This document shows, piece after piece, positions 60,878-64,000 of a DNA stretch of 64,000 nucleotides. The position numbers and the translations under genes were made by a program. Source of the stretch: Hyphomicrobiales bacterium (lineage in GTDB: Bacteria > Pseudomonadota > Alphaproteobacteria > Rhizobiales > TMED25); assembly GCA_029245795.1 (NCBI GenBank), contig JAQWOP010000003.1, forward strand, positions 101,235-165,234. Reading direction: 5' to 3'. Below the pieces are notes generated by a model. That model was not told the DNA's origin and made no database searches. It was given only the letters and a program-made list of their open reading frames with translations. Within the stretch, counting starts at the first letter, position 1; each line of letters opens with the position of its first letter.

Positions 60878-61978
60878 TTACTTATTGGCAAAATGATCTG
60901 TAATATTGCAAGCTAATTCCCCAAACAAATTATATCTCCAACCAGATAGTATTTTGATATCCTTATGCTCTTTTCTAACTAGCCTTTTGAGGTCGCTTTG
61001 ATTAGCAATAAGATGTGAACAAATTTGATTTTTTTCTGATATTAATCTTAATTGGTTATTCAATTCACGAAGTACTAATTTTTGACTTTTTGAAAGTTTT
61101 GGTTTGAATAATCTATTTAAATCATTGTTTTGAAATGGATTTTCTTCTAAAATTTCTAGAATCTTGGTAAGATATGCATCTTCAACTGAATATTTTTTTT
61201 TACCAATAATAGTATTTAAATCTTTTTTATCCTTAGGTCTTTGTTCAATAATTTTAGCAATATCAGAATCTGTAATTATTCTCTTTCTTGGGATATTGTT
61301 TAGGATGGCAATATTTTCACGAAATTCTCTAAAACTATCTACCAAATCCTGATTAGTAAATTTTTTTTCAAGCAGTTCTCTCCTAGATTTAGGGTGCTCT
61401 TTATCCATTACAGGTGGAGGACGAGATAAATTACTCATTTCTTCATATAACCAACTTTCTTTTTCAGTTGAATTTAGTTTTGTATTAAGATGGTCGTGGA
61501 TGTCTATTAAATATCTTACATCATTAATTGCATATTCACATTTTCTTGAATTCAAAGGTCTTTCTGACCAATCCGAATACTGGAGATCTTTATCAAGCTC
61601 TATATCCAATATTTCTTTAACAAGTTGGGCATAAGAGATAGAATCGGTAAAACCACAAAACATTGCTGCCATTTGGGTATCAAATATTGGTGTTGGAATT
61701 TTACCAGACAAATAAAAGATTGCTTCGATATCTTGTTTGCAAGAATGGATTAATTTCACTATTTTTTTATCTTGAAGTACATCCCATAATTTATCAAGGG
61801 TTAAGTTCGATTTTATATCAACTATAAATTCTTCATTTTTAGTAGCAATTTGGATAAGACAAAGATCTGGCCAATACGTGCGCTCTCTTACAAATTCAGT
61901 GTCTATACCTAATATAGTTTCTGATCTGATATTTAAGATAAAATTATCTAGTTTATTTTGACTATCTATTATTTGCAT
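60878..61978 (-). CDS. rnd: Ribonuclease D
   Basis: DEDD exonuclease motifs (IDTEF, HSCKQDIE, YAINDV) and HRDC-like C-terminal repeats. The ATG at 61978 is preferred over the TTG at 62008. Confidence 0.9.
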   Translation of the reverse strand: MQIIDSQNKLDNFILNIRSETILGIDTEFVRERTYWPDLCLIQIATKNEEFIVDIKSNLTLDKLWDVLQDKKIVKLIHSCKQDIEAIFYLSGKIPTPIFDTQMAAMFCGFTDSISYAQLVKEILDIELDKDLQYSDWSERPLNSRKCEYAINDVRYLIDIHDHLNTKLNSTEKESWLYEEMSNLSRPPPVMDKEHPKSRRELLEKKFTNQDLVDSFREFRENIAILNNIPRKRIITDSDIAKIIEQRPKDKKDLNTIIGKKKYSVEDAYLTKILEILEENPFQNNDLNRLFKPKLSKSQKLVLRELNNQLRLISEKNQICSHLIANQSDLKRLVRKEHKDIKILSGWRYNLFGELACNITDHFANK

Positions 61979-62077
61979 TTTGATTAATTTAATTGTAACA
62001 CTTATCAAATAAAGGTATATATCTACTACATTTAATGCACTTTTTTATATTTTTTCTAATAGAAAGCGAAATTTATT

Positions 62078-63883
62078 ATGCATCACTATAGAACACATAA
62101 ATGTGATGAACTGAGATCTAGCCATATTGGACAAGAGGTCAGAATATCAGGATGGGTTCATAGAATCCGTGATCACGGGGGATTACTTTTTATTGATTTA
62201 AGAGACCATTACGGTATAACACAATGTGTTGTTGAACCTGGATCTGAAACATTTTCTATAGCTGAAACTATACGATCCGAATGGGTGGTTTGTCTAACTG
62301 GATCTGTCAAGGCTAGAATTGATGAAACAATTAACGTAGATAAATCTATATCTTCTTTGCCAACGGGTGAAATTGAATTATTTATAAAAGAAATAGAAAT
62401 TTTATCAAAAGCTGATGAATTACCATTACCTATTTTTGGGGAACCCGATTATCCTGAGGATATAAGATTGAAATATCGTTTCCTTGATCTTAGAAGGCAA
62501 ACAATACACAATAATATTGTACTTAGATCAAAGATAATTCAATCTATCAGAACAAGAATGCTTGAGGAGAACTTTAATGAATATCAAACTCCAATTTTAA
62601 CAGCCTCGAGCCCTGAAGGGGCGAGAGATTTCTTGGTTCCATCAAGATTGCATCCTGGTAAATTTTATGCTTTACCGCAGGCGCCTCAGCAATTCAAACA
62701 GCTAATAATGATTGCAGGTTTTGATCGGTATTTCCAAATAGCACCATGTTTCAGAGATGAAGATGCCAGGGCAGATAGATCTCCTGGAGAATTTTATCAA
62801 TTAGATGTCGAAATGAGTTTTGTAACTCAAGAGGATGTTTTTAATGCTATAGAACCTGTTTTAATAGGAGTTTTTCAAGAGTTTGCAAAAGATATGGAAG
62901 TTAATACTATTATTCCAAAAATTCCCTACATGGAGTCAATAAAGAAATATGGATCAGATAAACCAGATCTTAGAATACCTATTGAAATGTCAAATGTAAG
63001 TCACATTTTTGAAAAGTCTGGCTTTAAGATTTTTGCTGATATTCTTGAAAAATCAAATGATAAAAGAAAATGGTATGAAAAATCAGAAGTTTGGGCTATT
63101 CCTGCACCTGGTGGCGGGAGTAGAGCTTTCTGTGATCGGATGAACTCATGGGCACAAGGAGAAGGTCAACCAGGACTTGGCTATATCTTTTTCAAAGATG
63201 GCGGGGGGATGGGTCCTGTTGCTAAAAACATTGGTGATGAAAGAGTTCAGAGTTTAAAAAGTGAACTTAACCTTAGGGATAATGATGCTGTTTTCTTCGT
63301 ATGTGGTGTTCCATCAAGATTTTATGATTTCGCAGGAAGAGCAAGAAATAAAGTTGGTGAGCAATTGGAATTAATTGATGATAAACAGTATAAATTTTGT
63401 TGGATTATAGATTATCCAATGTTTGAAATTGATGATGAGACTAAAGGATATAAGTTCTCACATAATCCTTTCTCCATGCCTCAAGGAGGATTGGAGGCTC
63501 TTCAAACAAAAAATCCACTTGATATATTAGCCTACCAATATGATATTGTTTGTAATGGTATAGAGCTTTCCTCTGGAGCCATTCGTAACCATGTGCCAGA
63601 AATTATGGAGAAGGCATTTCAAATAGCAGGTTATGATAAGTCAATTTTAGAAGAGAAATTTTCTGGTATGTATAATGCATTAAAGTATGGAGCGCCGCCC
63701 CATGGTGGTATAGCTCCTGGAATTGATAGAATTGTAATGCTACTTGCAAATGAAGATAATTTGAGAGAAGTAACTATGTTCCCAATGAATCAACAGGCAG
63801 AAGACTTATTGATGGGAGCTCCTTCGAATGTAACAACAATGCAGTTGAAAGATTTATCGATAAGATCAATTGAAAAAAAATAA
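62078..63883 (+). CDS. aspS: Aspartate--tRNA ligase
   Basis: 601 aa. OB anticodon domain ([19 protein letters not shown]), class II motifs ([24 protein letters not shown]) and the bacterial insertion domain. Confidence 0.97.
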   Translation: MHHYRTHKCDELRSSHIGQEVRISGWVHRIRDHGGLLFIDLRDHYGITQCVVEPGSETFSIAETIRSEWVVCLTGSVKARIDETINVDKSISSLPTGEIELFIKEIEILSKADELPLPIFGEPDYPEDIRLKYRFLDLRRQTIHNNIVLRSKIIQSIRTRMLEENFNEYQTPILTASSPEGARDFLVPSRLHPGKFYALPQAPQQFKQLIMIAGFDRYFQIAPCFRDEDARADRSPGEFYQLDVEMSFVTQEDVFNAIEPVLIGVFQEFAKDMEVNTIIPKIPYMESIKKYGSDKPDLRIPIEMSNVSHIFEKSGFKIFADILEKSNDKRKWYEKSEVWAIPAPGGGSRAFCDRMNSWAQGEGQPGLGYIFFKDGGGMGPVAKNIGDERVQSLKSELNLRDNDAVFFVCGVPSRFYDFAGRARNKVGEQLELIDDKQYKFCWIIDYPMFEIDDETKGYKFSHNPFSMPQGGLEALQTKNPLDILAYQYDIVCNGIELSSGAIRNHVPEIMEKAFQIAGYDKSILEEKFSGMYNALKYGAPPHGGIAPGIDRIVMLLANEDNLREVTMFPMNQQAEDLLMGAPSNVTTMQLKDLSIRSIEKK

Positions 63884-64000
63884 TCAAAAAATCCCAATTA
63901 TAATAGGTCATGCAATTATTTCTGGAAATTGTTGTATTGCTGATGACAAAGGTAATATGCCAGAGTCCCTTATATCAGAAAAAGACTGGGAACTCTTTCA
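63870..64000 (+). CDS. Partial ORF, tentatively a dihydrofolate-reductase-like fold; continues past the window end
   Basis: My own translation from the TTG at 63870, which overlaps the aspS stop: (M)[42 protein letters not shown]. The pattern loosely resembles DHFR-family N-termini. Both the start and the family are uncertain. Confidence 0.3.
   Translation, partial: MKKNNQKIPIIIGHAIISGNCCIADDKGNMPESLISEKDWELF

Overview
This is an AT-rich window (about 30% GC by eye, not computed), densely packed, with gene content and synteny typical of a streamlined alphaproteobacterium. It looks like SAR11/Pelagibacterales or a similar marine lineage, but I cannot confirm the lineage without a database search. 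Most of it is housekeeping. The conserved blocks are guaB-rsmB-guaA; yfgM-bamB-der; the minus-strand rpsF-rpsR-DUF2232-rplI-dnaB-alr block, followed on the same strand by mlaE-mlaF and cvpA-purF-SDR; fabD-fabG-acpP-fabF-gmk; pepA divergent from lptF-lptG-lptD-surA-pdxA-rsmA; ndk; and purM-purN divergent from hdaA-ppk, then rnd and aspS. I recognised no rRNA, tRNA, CRISPR array, transposase or integrase. The most unusual stretch lies directly downstream of guaA (about 9.4-15 kb). The last 15 nt of guaA (encoding ...IEWE-stop) recur exactly 654 bp downstream, inside a 21-nt guaA-like remnant that reads RTIEWE-stop. These two copies bracket a self-contained promoter-plus-DUF1772 cassette. This looks like an att-type scar of site-specific integration at the guaA 3' end, but no recombinase is present. 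Immediately after the remnant sits a gene-sized patch of much higher GC (about 50-55% by eye). It encodes an FMN-dependent alpha-hydroxy-acid dehydrogenase homolog with a non-canonical active-site motif (SNHAGNV instead of SNHGGRQ), while a native AT-rich paralog lies at 24.3 kb. A GC-elevated, truncated single-TPR ORF at 14.7 kb is a further possible transfer scar. Secondary curiosities are listed below.
- An overlapping zinc-ribbon and Kdo/InaA-kinase-like pair whose catalytic Asp is replaced.
- A duplicated promoter-like module driving two apparently leaderless small membrane ORFs, one of them absent from the ORF track.
- A cysteine-less RibBX-type riboflavin gene.
- Operator-like repeats in the junction upstream of the GC-rich gene.
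All GC values and chance estimates are eyeball or back-of-envelope figures. All homology calls rest on motifs I recognise in the translations, not on searches.
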